A stretch of 63,659 bases of DNA, filler included, from Lama guanicoe (Eukaryota), in the NCBI GenBank assembly GCA_013239625.1. It is 174 parts of 174 records of this genome, joined end to end, with 100 filler letters (N's around TTAATTAATTAA, not from the genome) between each part and the next. Parts side by side here need not be neighbours in the genome. Positions count along the whole stretch, not along the records: positions 21,226 to 21,491 come from PNXV01050910.1; positions 21,592 to 21,857 come from PNXV01050911.1; positions 21,958 to 22,223 come from PNXV01050912.1; positions 22,324 to 22,589 come from PNXV01050913.1; positions 22,690 to 22,955 come from PNXV01050914.1; positions 23,056 to 23,321 come from PNXV01050915.1; positions 23,422 to 23,687 come from PNXV01050916.1; positions 23,788 to 24,053 come from PNXV01050917.1; 166 more parts are not named here. One strand, written 5' to 3'. The first letter of the stretch is position 1, and the number at the start of each line of letters is the position of its first letter. Shown piece after piece: positions 21,126-33,303 of the stretch. The position numbers and the translations under genes were made by a program. The notes beneath the pieces were generated by a model that was not told the DNA's origin, did not search any database, and saw nothing but the letters and a program-made list of their open reading frames with translations.

Positions 21126-22323
21126 NNNNNNNNNNNNNNNNNNNNNNNNNNNNNNNNNNNNNNNNNNNNTTAATTAATTAANNNNNNNNNNNNNNNNNNN
21201 NNNNNNNNNNNNNNNNNNNNNNNNNCTCCACCTCTTCCTCCTCAGCCTGTTGGTAAACTGTTAAAAGCCTTCTGCCTGACAAGACATGTCTTGTATAAGT
21301 GACAAGATGTCATGTAAACATTTATGAAAGAAGTGGCCTCAATGACTCATTTTGTAATCATTGGCAAAAGAATGGTGAATTACATGGAGAAGCTGGTGGG
21401 AGACTTTAGAGTTACATGTTACCTCTGGGAGAGGGAGGCTATGCAGTCATGTCACTCACTAACTGGCTACTTTAGGTCACTGTGCAAGCTTNNNNNNNNN
21501 NNNNNNNNNNNNNNNNNNNNNNNNNNNNNNNNNNNTTAATTAATTAANNNNNNNNNNNNNNNNNNNNNNNNNNNNNNNNNNNNNNNNNNNNAAAAAAAAT
21601 CAGCAACAAGAGACTTGAAGGGAAGAAAGAAAATGCAGAAACACAACTGTAGAATGGGCACCATAGGAGGGAGTGGGGATGACCAAGGAAGAATGAACAA
21701 TGGTGTCGCAGTTGACCACAAACACTGAAAATCATAGAAGAGATCATTTTGACTCAACTGTGCCCACAGAGTGGACAGAATGTGAGCAGCAAAGTGAGTG
21801 GAAATAACTCATGCTTCTAAACATCTCAGCAAAAGGAAGAAAATTCAGTCTCCTGAANNNNNNNNNNNNNNNNNNNNNNNNNNNNNNNNNNNNNNNNNNN
21901 NTTAATTAATTAANNNNNNNNNNNNNNNNNNNNNNNNNNNNNNNNNNNNNNNNNNNNTCACTGATACCAATGGCAGATGCATGTATTCAAGAGGAGGATC
22001 TGTTTTTCTGTATTTCCATACAAGTGTATGGTTGAACAAGGTTCAGTTTTAATTCCATCGAGTACAATCAATCAGATATTAGCAAAAGTGAATGTCTATG
22101 ATAAAACTACTGCTGTAATTGATTAGCTTGAAGACGAGTTACTAGGCAAATTCACGAAGTCAGAATAACTTATCAAATCATGACTTCTAAAACTGAAGGA
22201 CCTTTTAAAATAGCACATGGCTTNNNNNNNNNNNNNNNNNNNNNNNNNNNNNNNNNNNNNNNNNNNNTTAATTAATTAANNNNNNNNNNNNNNNNNNNNN
22301 NNNNNNNNNNNNNNNNNNNNNNN

Positions 22324-22589
22324 CATCAACAGATGAATGGATAAAGAAGACTTGGTGTATGTATGATAGAATCTTATTTCACCATCAAAAAAGGAATTTT
22401 TCCATTTGTGACAACATGGCTGGATCTAGACGGTGTTACACTAAGTGAAATAAGTCAGAGAGGGAACGACATATATCATATGATCCCACTTGTATGTGGA
22501 ATAGGAAAACAAAACAAAAAAACTGAAAACAGACTTGGGGTACAGACAACAAACTGGTGGTTACCAGAGGAAAGGGGGTTGAGATGGGG
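22324..22589 (+). mobile_element. LINE-1 ORF2 C-terminus and 3' UTR
   Basis: catcaacagatgaatggataaagaag; translation IFPFVTTWLDLDGVTLSEISQ...YHMIPLVCGI; ggttaccagagg. Confidence 0.93.
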
Positions 22590-23469
22590 NNNNNNNNNNN
22601 NNNNNNNNNNNNNNNNNNNNNNNNNNNNNNNNNTTAATTAATTAANNNNNNNNNNNNNNNNNNNNNNNNNNNNNNNNNNNNNNNNNNNNGAAGCATTTTA
22701 TGTCAAGATCAAATTGTCATTTTTACATGAATCTTTATTGTTGATGGAATATAATATTCCTGGATTCTTCTGTTTATATGGATTGCACACACCACACTCA
22801 CATTCACATCTACAGAGAGCATTCAGTAGGTCTTTGCCAATGCAGAGGATGGAGGACTGAACTGGACATCAGAGAGCATGTGACTTTGGTGGCCAGTCAC
22901 TTCATTCTGAGATTCTGTTTTCTCACCTTAGAAAGGACTTTTAAAAAAAGAAGGGNNNNNNNNNNNNNNNNNNNNNNNNNNNNNNNNNNNNNNNNNNNNT
23001 TAATTAATTAANNNNNNNNNNNNNNNNNNNNNNNNNNNNNNNNNNNNNNNNNNNNCAAATGGGACTTTGGCATCAACTCTCTGTCCCCCATCCAGTGGTT
23101 CTCCAGGTGGACCTCCCGAGAACCCCTTGTGAGTTCAGTGTTCTTGGCCCAACTTCTGGTGCCTTCCACACTGTTGTGCAGAGATTGACTGCTGAGCATT
23201 TGTAGATTTAAACTACAGTTGAGTTCCTTTATTGCATTTTACAAAAGGAAAGGAAAGAGGCCAGAGCAAATCTGTTCACCGTCCTTAAGTTTACAAGGTT
23301 GTACGGTCTTTCAGCAGGGTGNNNNNNNNNNNNNNNNNNNNNNNNNNNNNNNNNNNNNNNNNNNNTTAATTAATTAANNNNNNNNNNNNNNNNNNNNNNN
23401 NNNNNNNNNNNNNNNNNNNNNAATGGTTACAGGCATGAGCCCGGGGGCCTCCCACAGTTAGGAATTAAA

Positions 23470-23625
23470 TTGCAGAGGAAAGAGCTAGCCAAGAAGGACT
23501 GAGAAGAAGGCATCAGTGAGGCAGGATGTAATTGAGAAGCTGAGGGAGAAAGGCTTTTCTAGAAGGATGAAGTGGCTTAATTTGTCCGATGCTGCTGAGA
23601 GATCAAGCAAGATAAACAGAGAACA
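23470..23625 (-). mobile_element. LINE-2 fragment
   Basis: tgtccgatgctgctgagagatcaagcaagataa resembles antisense L2 (tcaaatgctgctgagaggtcaagtaagatga). Confidence 0.7.
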
Positions 23626-24392
23626 GGTGGTCCCTAGAGTTGGCCCCAAGGAGTCATGGGAGGAGGCACGTTGGAGCAGTCTTCAGCNNNNNNNNNNNNN
23701 NNNNNNNNNNNNNNNNNNNNNNNNNNNNNNNTTAATTAATTAANNNNNNNNNNNNNNNNNNNNNNNNNNNNNNNNNNNNNNNNNNNNAGGGCAGGCAGCG
23801 AAGGTAAGAGGGGCCAGAGCAGAGGACCCAGAGCTTTGCCCTGCCGTTCACAGCACATGTGCAGAAGCAGACGTGGGTGTACGGCTGTCTAACGCTCAAC
23901 TCCAGTACCTGGGAGCCACTGCTGGTCCCTGCAGCAGCTGTGAGCATGTGTTGTGAACTCTTCTAAGAGGAGAAAATCAGGGCAGTGGGACCTCAAGCGT
24001 GAGCCTCAGAGCCCCCTTTCCTGCAGCCACATCAATGTCCTGCCGCCCCCACCNNNNNNNNNNNNNNNNNNNNNNNNNNNNNNNNNNNNNNNNNNNNTTA
24101 ATTAATTAANNNNNNNNNNNNNNNNNNNNNNNNNNNNNNNNNNNNNNNNNNNNTTTTTTTTTTTAGCTCTCAAAGAGTTAAAACCCCAATCTGAAAGCGA
24201 ATGATAAAATTCTTCTTTGCTAAACACTTTTTGTTTTCTTTCCATTTTAGTTGAGATAATTTTATGCATTGAGAGAAGGGTCAATGGGCTCCAACTGCTG
24301 ACTGAGGGTGGTTGGCTTTCCCCTGACCAGAGTTTCTAGAGGCCAATACCAGGACCCAATCCTACCGACTTAGCACTCTTGAACTGAGGGAA

Positions 24393-24408
24393 TGACCTGG
24401 AATGACCT
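24393..24408 (-). promoter_or_regulatory. Perfect DR4 nuclear-receptor element AGGTCA-TTCC-AGGTCA
   Basis: Plus strand TGACCT GGAA TGACCT; motif only, function not shown. Confidence 0.3.
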
Positions 24409-24590
24409 GGAGCGCTGCTNNNNNNNNNNNNNNNNNNNNNNNNNNNNNNNNNNNNNNNNNNNNTTAATTAATTAANNNNNNNNNNNNNNNNNNNNNNNNN
24501 NNNNNNNNNNNNNNNNNNNGTGTGAAGCATCAGTGAGAATGCTGTTGCAAAAATATACTTGTGTTGCATTTTAAGTCTTTTCTTTTTCAG

Positions 24591-24751
24591 AAAAACTTAG
24601 AGATCCTCATTATCTCAGATCTGTGCAAAAGTACCACGTTTTTCAGCGATTTTATGGGAAGTCACTAGAATCAGTCTCTTCAAAACTTCTTGTAACTCAA
24701 GCCACCAAGCCCAAGAGGAATTTCTGTGAACCCAAGAGCAAAAAGGCACAG
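24591..24751 (+). CDS. Candidate 161-nt coding exon, gene not recognised
   Basis: Strong acceptor tcttttctttttcag, donor CAG|GTAGTT, open frame KLRDPHYLRSVQKYHVFQRFYGKSLESVSSKLLVTQATKPKRNFCEPKSKKAQ in AT-rich DNA. Confidence 0.5.
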
Positions 24752-27081
24752 GTAGTTTCTGTTAAGTCTATCCTTTTTCTTTTTTNNNNNNNNNNNNNNN
24801 NNNNNNNNNNNNNNNNNNNNNNNNNNNNNTTAATTAATTAANNNNNNNNNNNNNNNNNNNNNNNNNNNNNNNNNNNNNNNNNNNNCCTGACTTTCAGGGA
24901 CCTGGGAGGAATCCTGAGATGAGGGCTTTACTGCAGCTCAGAAAAGCCAGAAGCGGAGGAACTCCGCAAACAGAAAATGTGGGTTTCTGCTCCTGAGTCC
25001 GTAACAACAGAAAGCTTGTGCTTCCACCCCTAGACGAGCCCTCGTCAGTCTCCACGTTCCCACTGCTGCGTCCCTGCGGCCACGTGCCCGCTGCGCAGGG
25101 CCACCACTCAGGGAAGCTGCACGTCTGAGAACCTTCCACTGCCTCCGGGTTNNNNNNNNNNNNNNNNNNNNNNNNNNNNNNNNNNNNNNNNNNNNTTAAT
25201 TAATTAANNNNNNNNNNNNNNNNNNNNNNNNNNNNNNNNNNNNNNNNNNNNTATCGTGGGAGAACAGAGCTGGTGGGGGGAGGAGAAAATCAGCCTTGTA
25301 TCTTCTGTTTCTCCTGCAGCCTGGGTGACTGTGGGACCTCATGGGCCTGGGAACGTGCCTGCGTCTCCACATTCAGGCAGCTGAGTTGAATTTTATCACC
25401 CAGCCTCATCTCTTTTCCAATACCGTGTAGGAAAGTTTTTCTTCATGTTTTTTGTTGTTTTTCCAATCTGAAATTCATATTTAACCACTTTGTCCCCAGG
25501 GAATATCCTCAGGGAATNNNNNNNNNNNNNNNNNNNNNNNNNNNNNNNNNNNNNNNNNNNNTTAATTAATTAANNNNNNNNNNNNNNNNNNNNNNNNNNN
25601 NNNNNNNNNNNNNNNNNGTGTCTGTGAGTCTGCACGCACGTGTGTCCAGGCCCCACATGTATGCGATGAAAACTAAATGGCCCCAAAGATCTGCTGAACA
25701 CCTTTCATGTCCTAACAGGGGCCAAAAACCCCCGGCGGTCACTGGCTGGGCGGCTACTGACTCAGCGCTGAGGAAGCTGCTCCTCCAGCCCCGGGAACAC
25801 CCGGCTCGCTCCCTCTCTCTCACGTGCACCCACCGCCCTCCACCCCCCGGTTCCCCTTCCTCTTCCCCCTCCACCACCCTCCTNNNNNNNNNNNNNNNNN
25901 NNNNNNNNNNNNNNNNNNNNNNNNNNNTTAATTAATTAANNNNNNNNNNNNNNNNNNNNNNNNNNNNNNNNNNNNNNNNNNNNATCTTCCACAGTTACAG
26001 CAGCCCTACCCTCTCCACAGCTCCCAGGGAGGTTCTGCGTGCAGCTGTGAGGAGACGCCCTGGCTTCCAGACTCAAGTCGTTGTTCTTACCTGTTCTCAA
26101 TCCTGGATTTATCCTGGTGTTTCTCCAGGATGGTCTCCCCTTCTGCACAGTAGGGTTAATTCTAGCTCGTACTTCTAGGGATGTCCTTAGGCACATGTGG
26201 GATAAGACCTGAAAAGTGTGGGAGTGGTGACACTTGTAGGTGATGCCTCNNNNNNNNNNNNNNNNNNNNNNNNNNNNNNNNNNNNNNNNNNNNTTAATTA
26301 ATTAANNNNNNNNNNNNNNNNNNNNNNNNNNNNNNNNNNNNNNNNNNNNTATTTTATTAAAAATAATAAAGAATTCTTGCTCTCCAATAAAGCAACAGGC
26401 AGAAGCACATACTGAGTGTTTAAAATACATCAGATTATGGGTTAACTTCTCTAAAGAAGTCAAGATAGTATTGGGAAAAAAGTATGAACTTGAAGGAAAA
26501 TACATATTGTGCTATTAATATCCTATTTTTTAGAAGCAAATGAAAAAATAACCCAATAATTTATCATTTATCTACAAAAGAGTTATATAAAGAAAACTTA
26601 TTTTCATAAGAGTTANNNNNNNNNNNNNNNNNNNNNNNNNNNNNNNNNNNNNNNNNNNNTTAATTAATTAANNNNNNNNNNNNNNNNNNNNNNNNNNNNN
26701 NNNNNNNNNNNNNNNTTCCTCCTGTTCCATTTCAGAGTTCTGGAGGTGACTGGTGACACAACGTGGAGTCACAGTGCTGCCGAGGGTCGTCTGTAACATA
26801 ACACCATCACATTTTCTCAGAACTCCCATTTATGTATGAGCTTAGAGGTCACGCACATGAGCCATGAAACTGACTCCCCTCTTGACAACTTGATGGACAC
26901 AGAATTTTCATAAAAACGATTCTGATGTTCTATTATTTTTAAGACATTAAACAACTGTAGATTTATTTAAATATTTCAAATNNNNNNNNNNNNNNNNNNN
27001 NNNNNNNNNNNNNNNNNNNNNNNNNTTAATTAATTAANNNNNNNNNNNNNNNNNNNNNNNNNNNNNNNNNNNNNNNNNNNN

Positions 27082-27262
27082 CCTATTTCTGTAAATAAAA
27101 TTTTGTTGGAACATAGCAATTCCCATTTTTGAAATGTATTATCAGTGGCTTCTTTGATGCTGCAAATGGCAGAGTCTAGTAGTTGCAACACAGACTGGAT
27201 GGCATGGAAAGCCAAAAATATTTACTGTTCTACCCATTATGGTAAAAGTTTACAAACCCCTG
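27082..27262 (-). mobile_element. MER58A-like hAT-Charlie DNA transposon
   Basis: gtaaataaaattttgttggaacatagc...gtagttgcaacacagac...aaagccaaaaatatttact...aaacccctg (terminal inverted repeat). Confidence 0.9.
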
Positions 27263-27266
27263 TTCT

Positions 27267-27347
27267 ACATCATTAGTCATCAGGGAAATTCAAATTAGTA
27301 CCACAATGAGGTCACTATAACCCATTATGTTGGCTAAAAATGAAAAG
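27267..27347 (+). mobile_element. LINE-1 ORF2 C-terminal fragment adjacent to MER58A
   Basis: acatcattagtcatcagggaaattcaaatt...accacaatgagg (the SLVIREMQIKTTMR region). Confidence 0.8.
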
Positions 27348-28259
27348 NNNNNNNNNNNNNNNNNNNNNNNNNNNNNNNNNNNNNNNNNNNNTTAATTAAT
27401 TAANNNNNNNNNNNNNNNNNNNNNNNNNNNNNNNNNNNNNNNNNNNNCAGTGAAGACCGGGAGCCAGTGTGACTCTAGGGTGTTAAATCTGGAAGCCATT
27501 GGAAGGAAAGTGAGACCACTAATCCAGAACACCCTACCAGAGTATCCAGCATCACTAAAGAAGTGCTCCTTGTGTAACTGATGAGCTCCAAATGCAGTGA
27601 GGGCAGGGCCCAGGTTACATCCAGGTTTCATCTCCCCCGTCCACAGCGTGGAACTGAAAACACAGGGAGGAAATCTACAGCACCACGACTATAGTATCTG
27701 CAAGCTGCTAAGANNNNNNNNNNNNNNNNNNNNNNNNNNNNNNNNNNNNNNNNNNNNTTAATTAATTAANNNNNNNNNNNNNNNNNNNNNNNNNNNNNNN
27801 NNNNNNNNNNNNNTGCAAGCATAGGAACTTGTTTAAAATGTTAACCATCATTACTGGAAACAACAAGAACATATACCTCTCTGACATCTTATATAGAAAA
27901 CAGGAAATACATTTTAGTTTTCACTGGTGATCAAGGATTATCCTCAGAAACCACGATTGTAATGAAAACACTGGGTTGGCGTTGTGGGATATTGAGGCAT
28001 CACTGTGAACACCTTTTCAGTAAATGGTCCAGACCAAAGAGGTACCAGCAACAATGAGTAGCTGATTCAAATCATCTGCNNNNNNNNNNNNNNNNNNNNN
28101 NNNNNNNNNNNNNNNNNNNNNNNTTAATTAATTAANNNNNNNNNNNNNNNNNNNNNNNNNNNNNNNNNNNNNNNNNNNNTAACAACCATCATCAGTACTT
28201 TCACCTACACAGTAAGAAAAAGAGACTCTCCTTCCTCTGCTGTTGCAGGTGCTGAAGAC

Positions 28260-28445
28260 CATATAAGCATGGAGAGGACAGGCCACCTTTGCTACCACAT
28301 GGAGTCTTGCCTAAAACTGAAACTGAAAAAGCCAACCTGGGAGACAGAAACCAAGTCCTGGTGACATTATTTGAGCCCAGAGATCCAGACATGCCTAAAG
28401 AGAAGCTTTACCACTGAACTTTTTAGTTAAATGAGTCAATAAACT
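28260..28445 (+). mobile_element. Old MaLR LTR (MLT1J/K-like)
   Basis: gtcctggtgacattatttgagccc...gatccagacatgcctaaag...gagtcaataaa. Confidence 0.7.
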
Positions 28446-28545
28446 NNNNNNNNNNNNNNNNNNNNNNNNNNNNNNNNNNNNNNNNNNNNTTAATTAATTA
28501 ANNNNNNNNNNNNNNNNNNNNNNNNNNNNNNNNNNNNNNNNNNNN

Positions 28546-28811
28546 ATCACCCTCATCAGTGCAGGTGGGCATCATACAATCCACCGAGGGCGTGGCTAGA
28601 GCAAAAGGTGGAGAAAGAACAAATTCACTCTCTTCTTAAGCTGAGACACCCATCTTCTCCTGTCCTTGGACAGTGATACTGCTTGTTCTTTGGCTTTCGG
28701 GTTTGAACTGAATTATACAACCAACTTTGGTGGTTCTCCAGCTTACAGACACAGCAGATCCTGGGCTTCTTGGACGCCATAATTGTGTGAGCCAACTCTT
28801 ATAACAAATCA
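28546..28811 (+). mobile_element. ERVL LTR (MLT2-like)
   Basis: gtgggcatcatacaatccaccgagggc...ctgagacacccatcttctcctgtccttggaca...cataattgtgtgagccaactcttataacaaatc. Confidence 0.88.
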
Positions 28812-30375
28812 NNNNNNNNNNNNNNNNNNNNNNNNNNNNNNNNNNNNNNNNNNNNTTAATTAATTAANNNNNNNNNNNNNNNNNNNNNNNNNNNNNNNNN
28901 NNNNNNNNNNNATTAGGGGATAATGAATTTCTCCATAAAAACAAAGGATGTTTTCCAGTAATCACTATATTTTTCATTTTCATAGACACTGTAGTGTGAA
29001 ACATATTTTTTGTCATAATAGTCAATGATTTTAAACTGTAACTGAATATTTAAAGTATCTGAATGCCATATTCGCAGGAGACACATTACTTTTAAAAACA
29101 GGTAATACTTAAATAGCATATCTGGTTTGAATGTTTATTTTAATTACCAGTTTCTTATTAATAAACAATTTATTATANNNNNNNNNNNNNNNNNNNNNNN
29201 NNNNNNNNNNNNNNNNNNNNNTTAATTAATTAANNNNNNNNNNNNNNNNNNNNNNNNNNNNNNNNNNNNNNNNNNNNCACGTCCCCAAGGTGGAGAAGGG
29301 GGTAAAGTCAAACTCACCTTCAGAATGTCACACCATGAGTGGTAAGATGGATGAAACCCAAAGCTCTATCAAAACCATCCACCTAGAATGATGCATCCCC
29401 GACCTGTTTCAGCAGAGGGAACTTCCCTCACCGATTTCACAGCACAAGACAGAAAACGGTGTGCACTTCAAGCCTTGAGCAGAGAGAAGGAGGTGACAAG
29501 ATTCTTTTTCTGCTGGAAAACTGAGAGGTCACTGCAGCTCTGCNNNNNNNNNNNNNNNNNNNNNNNNNNNNNNNNNNNNNNNNNNNNTTAATTAATTAAN
29601 NNNNNNNNNNNNNNNNNNNNNNNNNNNNNNNNNNNNNNNNNNNATCCTAGAAAAAGTTCAAATGAGTTTAAGTAGAAGTGGCTCTTCCATCATTTCCCTA
29701 ATACTAATGTATTTATCATCACCTTATTCCAAAAAGTATTTACAGTAATTAGCAAGAAAGTAAGACAGCATAACATAAGATAATAAAAATCAGGTATGAG
29801 TGAAAAGGGAAAAAAGGCAACACTGTGGGAGGAACATGAGCTGGAGCTGGGGTCACGGCTAACCAGAAACACACGTTCCGGAGCCCAGGCCTGAGGCGGG
29901 CGGGCCGTGNNNNNNNNNNNNNNNNNNNNNNNNNNNNNNNNNNNNNNNNNNNNTTAATTAATTAANNNNNNNNNNNNNNNNNNNNNNNNNNNNNNNNNNN
30001 NNNNNNNNNCAGTCATCTCTCTCTGTGCAAAGTGTCCTCACACAGACATATTAACTAACCTTTGCACCATTTAACACTAGATTAGACTCAGTTTATGATT
30101 CTATCAATTGGAAAATTGAAATCAAGTAAAAAAAAATCAAGCCAATGTATCTACTATTAACTAGTATTTCTTGCAAATTTAGACAAAAATGGGTTTTGGG
30201 AATTGGTGAGAAAATAGTTACACTTGTGCCCTTAGTGTTGCCAGGGGCTATTTCTACATTTGGCCAATGGTCCTTNNNNNNNNNNNNNNNNNNNNNNNNN
30301 NNNNNNNNNNNNNNNNNNNTTAATTAATTAANNNNNNNNNNNNNNNNNNNNNNNNNNNNNNNNNNNNNNNNNNNN

Positions 30376-30641
30376 ACAAAAACCACATGATCATCTCAAT
30401 AGATGCAGAAAAAGCATTTGATAGAATTCAACACTCATTTATGATAAAAACTCTTACCAAAGTGGGCATAGAGGGAACATATTTCAACATAATAAAAGCT
30501 ATTTATGACAAACCTATAACAAGCATAATACTCTATGGTGAAAAGCTAGAAGCATTCCCACTAAAATCTGGAACAAGGCAAGGATGCCTACACTCACCAC
30601 TTCTATTCAACATAGTCTTGGAAGTCCTAGCCACAGCAATC
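30376..30641 (+). mobile_element. LINE-1 ORF2 reverse transcriptase fragment, frame intact
   Basis: [23 protein letters not shown]...[33 protein letters not shown]. Confidence 0.98.
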
Positions 30642-30741
30642 NNNNNNNNNNNNNNNNNNNNNNNNNNNNNNNNNNNNNNNNNNNNTTAATTAATTAANNN
30701 NNNNNNNNNNNNNNNNNNNNNNNNNNNNNNNNNNNNNNNNN

Positions 30742-31007
30742 TGCTCCCAGTGGCTGTCGGCTAGCAGATCGCACCCCCTCCCAACACTGGTTCAGGTGCT
30801 GAGCTCTTATCTGGTGGGCAGGCGGGTCACCCCCACTCCCGATGCCGCAGTCAAATGCTGTGCTCAGGGAGGCAGGAGGGTGGATTGCGCCCCCTCCCAG
30901 CACCGTGGTCAGGTGCCGCGTTCCTGCCAGGAAAGAGGGTTGCCACCTGCCCTTTCCTGGCGCAGGTCACTCTGCTGCTCTGTGCAGCTGCCTGCTCCAT
31001 CTCGGGT
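30742..31007 (-). mobile_element. GC-rich interspersed repeat, probably camelid LINE-1 5' UTR (copy 1)
   Basis: Highly similar to the reverse complement of 52750-53016; CpG-rich; internal repeats cccctcccaacactggttcaggtgc and cccctcccagcaccgtggtcaggtgc. Family and strand are inferred. Confidence 0.6.
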
Positions 31008-31107
31008 NNNNNNNNNNNNNNNNNNNNNNNNNNNNNNNNNNNNNNNNNNNNTTAATTAATTAANNNNNNNNNNNNNNNNNNNNNNNNNNNNNNNNNNNNN
31101 NNNNNNN

Positions 31108-31373
31108 GGTAATTAGCAATATTGAGCATCTTTTCATGTACCTATTGGCCATCTGCATGTCTTTATGGGAGAATAGCCTGTTGATACCTTCTGCCAATTT
31201 TTGGTTGGGCTGCTTCTTTTTTTTGTTGTTGCTATTGAGTTGTGTGAGCTGTTTGTATACTCTGCAAGTTGAGCCTTCGTCAGTTGCATCAATTGCAAAT
31301 ATTTTCTCTCATTCTGTAAGTTCTCTTTTCATTTTGTTTATGGTTTCCTTTGCTGTGCAAAAGCTTGTAGGTT
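31108..31373 (-). mobile_element. LINE-1 ORF2 C-terminal region, antisense
   Basis: ttgagcatcttttcatgtacctattggccatctgcatgtct...ttgcaaatattttctctcattctgta...tttgctgtgcaaaagctt. Confidence 0.93.
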
Positions 31374-31473
31374 NNNNNNNNNNNNNNNNNNNNNNNNNNN
31401 NNNNNNNNNNNNNNNNNTTAATTAATTAANNNNNNNNNNNNNNNNNNNNNNNNNNNNNNNNNNNNNNNNNNNN

Positions 31474-31739
31474 TTCACTGTAAAACCGAGTTGGAACTTG
31501 TACCTCCCCATATATATGTATCTAGTGGGGTTTGCAACTGAAGAGAAACTTTGTGTTCTCAACAAGCTTAGTGAAGTACGTCTTTCACACACGCTTAAAC
31601 CTCAGAACTGAACATATGGAGAGACGTTCATTCATCTAGAACAAAGGGAACGTGTGACAGGAGAAACACTTTCTCTGGTTTCTCAGTGTGTTTCCAAGTG
31701 CCGGTTGGAAGTTCCTGCACTTTTCACTGTAGAACCGAG
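31474..31739 (+). repeat. Satellite DNA monomer, 249-bp period (family A)
   Basis: ttcactgtaaaaccgag (31474) recurs as ttcactgtagaaccgag (31723); homologous to 8784-9048. Confidence 0.85.
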
Positions 31740-33069
31740 NNNNNNNNNNNNNNNNNNNNNNNNNNNNNNNNNNNNNNNNNNNNTTAATTAATTAANNNNN
31801 NNNNNNNNNNNNNNNNNNNNNNNNNNNNNNNNNNNNNNNGGTTTGTACATTTGTCTGATGCAAGAGGGAGTTCTTTGGCCCTTGGCCCACCCAGAGGAGA
31901 TTCCATTTTTTGTAATGTATGCAATTTCGCATCAAGCATTAATTTTTTCTCATCTCACGCCACCACATACACAGACACACATACACTTCATCATTTCCAT
32001 CAACATCTTCTCCTTCTTCTCAGCGAAGGTCGAACATCTTCTCATTTTGATTTTTCTACTCCCTGTGTTCTTTGCCTTGTCACCTTGACCTTCGTCTGGA
32101 ACCTCNNNNNNNNNNNNNNNNNNNNNNNNNNNNNNNNNNNNNNNNNNNNTTAATTAATTAANNNNNNNNNNNNNNNNNNNNNNNNNNNNNNNNNNNNNNN
32201 NNNNNCTGACAACCAGAGGAATTCAGGAGAAGAAGCCTGAAAACCAGCCTGGACCTGACACTTTGGGGGAGACCTGTAGCCAGATAGCTAGTTGTCTGAG
32301 TAGGTTTTAACTTTTGATCTGGTATTAACACGTACATAATAGGAGCTACTGGCCACTTTATGTGTCCCCTTTTTCCAACATCTGATCTACAACAATTTTA
32401 TTGTCTAAAAATTTAATAGTTATAAGAGGAGACCTTGAGGGCACAAGGTTGCAGCTGCCACCTGGCACTGCNNNNNNNNNNNNNNNNNNNNNNNNNNNNN
32501 NNNNNNNNNNNNNNNTTAATTAATTAANNNNNNNNNNNNNNNNNNNNNNNNNNNNNNNNNNNNNNNNNNNNTTGATTAGCAGCAAAGCATTAGCCTAATG
32601 GAAACCTCCCTCCTCCCCTTGCATGTGTATGTACGTATACACAAACTATAGGTCACTATCTTCTATCGGTCCAACTGAAATGCGACAATTATACTCAGAG
32701 GCTGTGCAAGGTTGCTAATACTGTCTACGCTGTCTTAGAGATCAAGACCACTAGCACCCGAGTGGTTAAGGGAAAACCAATAGTTTCATTCAAGCAAACA
32801 AAAAGCCATGAAGTCATATAGTTTGAATTTCTTTTAANNNNNNNNNNNNNNNNNNNNNNNNNNNNNNNNNNNNNNNNNNNNTTAATTAATTAANNNNNNN
32901 NNNNNNNNNNNNNNNNNNNNNNNNNNNNNNNNNNNNNAAAAAATGATACTAGTTTAGGTATCACTTCCAGTTCTGTAGTATAGAATTTCAGGGACTCAAC
33001 TGTCAGCTTTTTCAAACACTTGAACAGCTACGAATGTGATTATGCAAAATTCACCATGTACTTTGAGAC

Positions 33070-33203
33070 CCCTACTACTCAAATTGTATTCTGCAGTTCA
33101 TTACTGTTGGTGCCACGCAAAGCTTGTTAGAAATGCATGAGCGCAGGCTCCACTTTAGAACTGCTGGATCAGAATCTGAATTTTAACACGATCCCCAGGT
33201 GAT
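33070..33203. mobile_element. MER5-like hAT-Charlie DNA transposon
   Basis: agcttgttagaaatgca...tcagaatctgaattttaacacgatccccaggtgat. Confidence 0.85.
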
Positions 33204-33303
33204 NNNNNNNNNNNNNNNNNNNNNNNNNNNNNNNNNNNNNNNNNNNNTTAATTAATTAANNNNNNNNNNNNNNNNNNNNNNNNNNNNNNNNNNNNNNNNN
33301 NNN

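Noticed and set aside
29319..29383. Minus-strand exon with a perfect AAG|GTGAGT donor
   Set aside because: The 65-nt candidate has stops in all three frames and a weak acceptor; not supportable as coding.
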